The notes under the pieces were generated by a model. The model did no database searches. It saw only the letters and a list, made by a program, of their open reading frames with translations, and was not told the DNA's origin. A DNA stretch of 64,000 nt from Sphaerodactylus townsendi (taxonomy: Eukaryota), in assembly GCF_021028975.2 (NCBI RefSeq), contig NC_059426.1, positions 155,434,001-155,498,000 on the forward strand, written 5' to 3'. The position numbers were made by a program, and so were the translations under genes. Below, one piece after another: positions 61,679 to 64,000 of this stretch (position 1 is its first letter; each line of letters starts with the position of its first letter).

Positions 61679-64000
61679 TTGTCATAGACTGTCTTGTTTG
61701 TATTAGTGTTGAATTAGTGGGTAGGTTATAGTTAGCTTGCCCAGCTCAGTGGTAGTTTAGGCTTTGTTTAAGCTGGTGATATTTATTAGCAGAGCTGGGC
61801 CCACCTTTAGTGGGGGGGTTATTTCAGTCAGGCTCTGGGTGGAGGGAATTTAGCTGAGTCATGGGGGCACCAACTTTGGGGCTAGGGATCCCAGTGCTGA
61901 TGGGACGGGGAAGATATTGCGGTAGGCGGGCGCCATATGATAGAAGGCGCACGAGATATGGCTATGCTCGTTCGCCTTCTGACCTCCGACCTATCCCGAA
62001 GAACGATGGTGGTTGGGATCAGGGACACTCTGCTTCGTCCTTGGTGTTGATTAATGCCAGGTCCATTAACAATAAGACCAAGGTGCTCCAGGATTTTCTC
62101 GGAGCCCAGCAGGTGGACCTGGCGTGTGTCACCGAAACCTGGGTCTTGCGCGAGGGTGAGACCGTCGCCTTGTGCGAGGTCGCGCCACCAGGTTTCGCGT
62201 GTCTCCACCAACCGCGAACACAGGGCCGGGTGGCGGGGTGGCATTGTTCGTCCGGAGTCTATTCCCTTCAGGGCGCCTCCCCGTCCCAGAGATCACCGCA
62301 TGGAGTGTGTCGGCCTAGAGTGGCTGGCCCTGGAGAGGTTGGCTGTTCTTCCTGGTGTACCGGGTCGCCTAGCGCGCCGGGAAGCAGCCTGCCGCTGCTG
62401 CTGGAGGTGGTGTCGGACTGGGCGTCGCGGTTCCCCAGGCTTATTGTCTTGGGGACTTCAACGTCCATGCCGATGCCGCCTCATGCACAGCGGCGGCGGA
62501 CCTAGTGTCATCCATGGCGACGCCAGGCCTCTCCTTAGTAAATTCGGGCCCCACTCACGGTGTCGGCACACGCTGGATTTGGTCTTTGGGTCGGGATTGA
62601 TTTGGTCGTGGTTCCTTCTGTCAACAGAGTGCCATGGTCCGACCATTACGCCCTGTCGGTCCGGATGGACATACCCACCGCCTCTGTCTAGGCGACGGGC
62701 TGATTTATGCCGCCCGCGGAGACTTATGGATCCACTTGGTTTCCTGAATGCTCTGGGCGGACCCTGAACCCGCCGGGCACACTCGATGAGCAGGTAGAGG
62801 ACTGGAATTCCCGGCTCTCTGATGCCATCGAAGTTCGCTGCCCCCCGGCGGCCTCTATGCCCCCACTCTCGGCGTGCTCCATGGTACACAGAGGAGTTAC
62901 GCTGTATGAAACGGGCAGCTTAGACGCCTAGAGCTTAATATGGAGGAAATCTCAGGACGAAGCTGCGGGAACATCTTATAGGACGCTTATGAAAGCTCTA
63001 TGAGATGGCTTAACGGCGAAGCGAAGAGAACTTTCTTCTCCTCCTCTCTCGATCCGCTAGCTCTCGCACAATTGTTTCAGATAATTCGGTCTTTAACCTC
63101 CTTATCGGAGGGTTCTTCAAATTCCCAATTGAGCATTAGCTGTGAGGCATTTATGAGCTTTTTTATGGATAAGGTCGCTGGGTCGCTCCGCCAGGACCTT
63201 CCTCCTACGTTGGATACAATTAGTGAACTGGAGGCCCCCTTGCCGCCCTCAGGCCCTTGCATGGCCCAGTTTTCCCTGCTCTCTGAAGCCGCTGTTGACA
63301 GGGCCTTAGCTGCTGTTAGACCTACTACCTGTCCTCTGGATCCGTGCCCCTCCTGGCTTGTAAAAACTTGCCGGGAGGAGCTACGACCCCATCTGTTGAG
63401 TATCATCAATGCCTCCCTTGAGCAAGGAGTCTTTCCGATGGGTTGAAGGAGGCAGTGGTCCACCCACTCTTAAAGACCATCGTTAGATCCGAGGGATCTG
63501 GCCAATTACCGCCCCATCTTGAATCTTTCGCTTCTGGTTAAGGTAATTGAGAGAGTGGTGCTGGAGCAGCTTCAAGGCTTTCTGGATGACACATCGGCTT
63601 TTGACCCCTTCCAGTCCGGCTTCCGTGCTGGGCATGGGACGGAGACTGTTCTCGTCGCTGTCACAGATACACTCCGTATACAGCTTGACCGAGGCGGATC
63701 GGCGCTGCTGGTATTGCTAGATCTTACCGCAGCGTTTGATATGGTCAATCATGACCTTGACCCACCCCCTGGCAGCCTGCGCAGTACGGGGCATGGTCCT
63801 TCAATGAATTGTCTCGTTTCTCCGGGGCCGGAATCAGTAGTGAGGCGCCGGATCAAGCCTCCCAGAAGTGCCCGCTTTCGCGGTGTACCCCAGGGGGCTT
63901 ATTATCCCCGCTATTATTTAACATCTATGTACCGACCCCTTGCTCAGCTGGTACGGGAGTTTTGGGCTGGTCTGTCATCAGTATGCGGATGACACCCAGC
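61228..64000 (+). mobile_element. L2-type LINE, 5' part (APE endonuclease and RT), runs off the window end
   Basis: LINARSINNK...DLACVTETW (APE); TCPLDPCPSWL; DPFQSGFRAGHGTETVL, LLDLTAAFDMVNH, GVPQG, YADDT (RT); many frameshifts. Confidence 0.93.

Overview
Vertebrate genomic DNA; the SINE/LINE/MITE repertoire points to a squamate, probably a gecko (inference). The only protein-coding gene I can support is goosecoid (GSC), minus strand, 3 coding exons join(21025-20674, 18271-18012, 15985-15833), 254 aa, with an eh1 motif and a K50 paired-like homeodomain. Its promoter has recognisable distal and proximal (FoxH1/homeodomain) elements inside a broad CpG-rich domain (about 15.4-26.4 kb). The rest is gene-free sequence carrying many transposons: 17 PIF/Harbinger-like MITEs (3-bp TSDs where intact), hAT MITEs (8-bp TSDs), Tc1/mariner-like MITEs, L2, CR1, RTE and R4/Dong LINEs, and tRNA- and 5S-derived SINEs. 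There is one 139-N gap. Best leads: (1) one MITE subfamily found only around GSC, with inverted copies bracketing exon 2 and one copy that gained a FoxH1 motif; (2) a minimal type I hammerhead ribozyme motif at 55890-55927; (3) an L2 element with a tandem-monomer 5' end; (4) a two-TATA/uORF arrangement at the GSC promoter. All are hypotheses read from the sequence; no searches or folding were run, and LINE/SINE boundaries are approximate.
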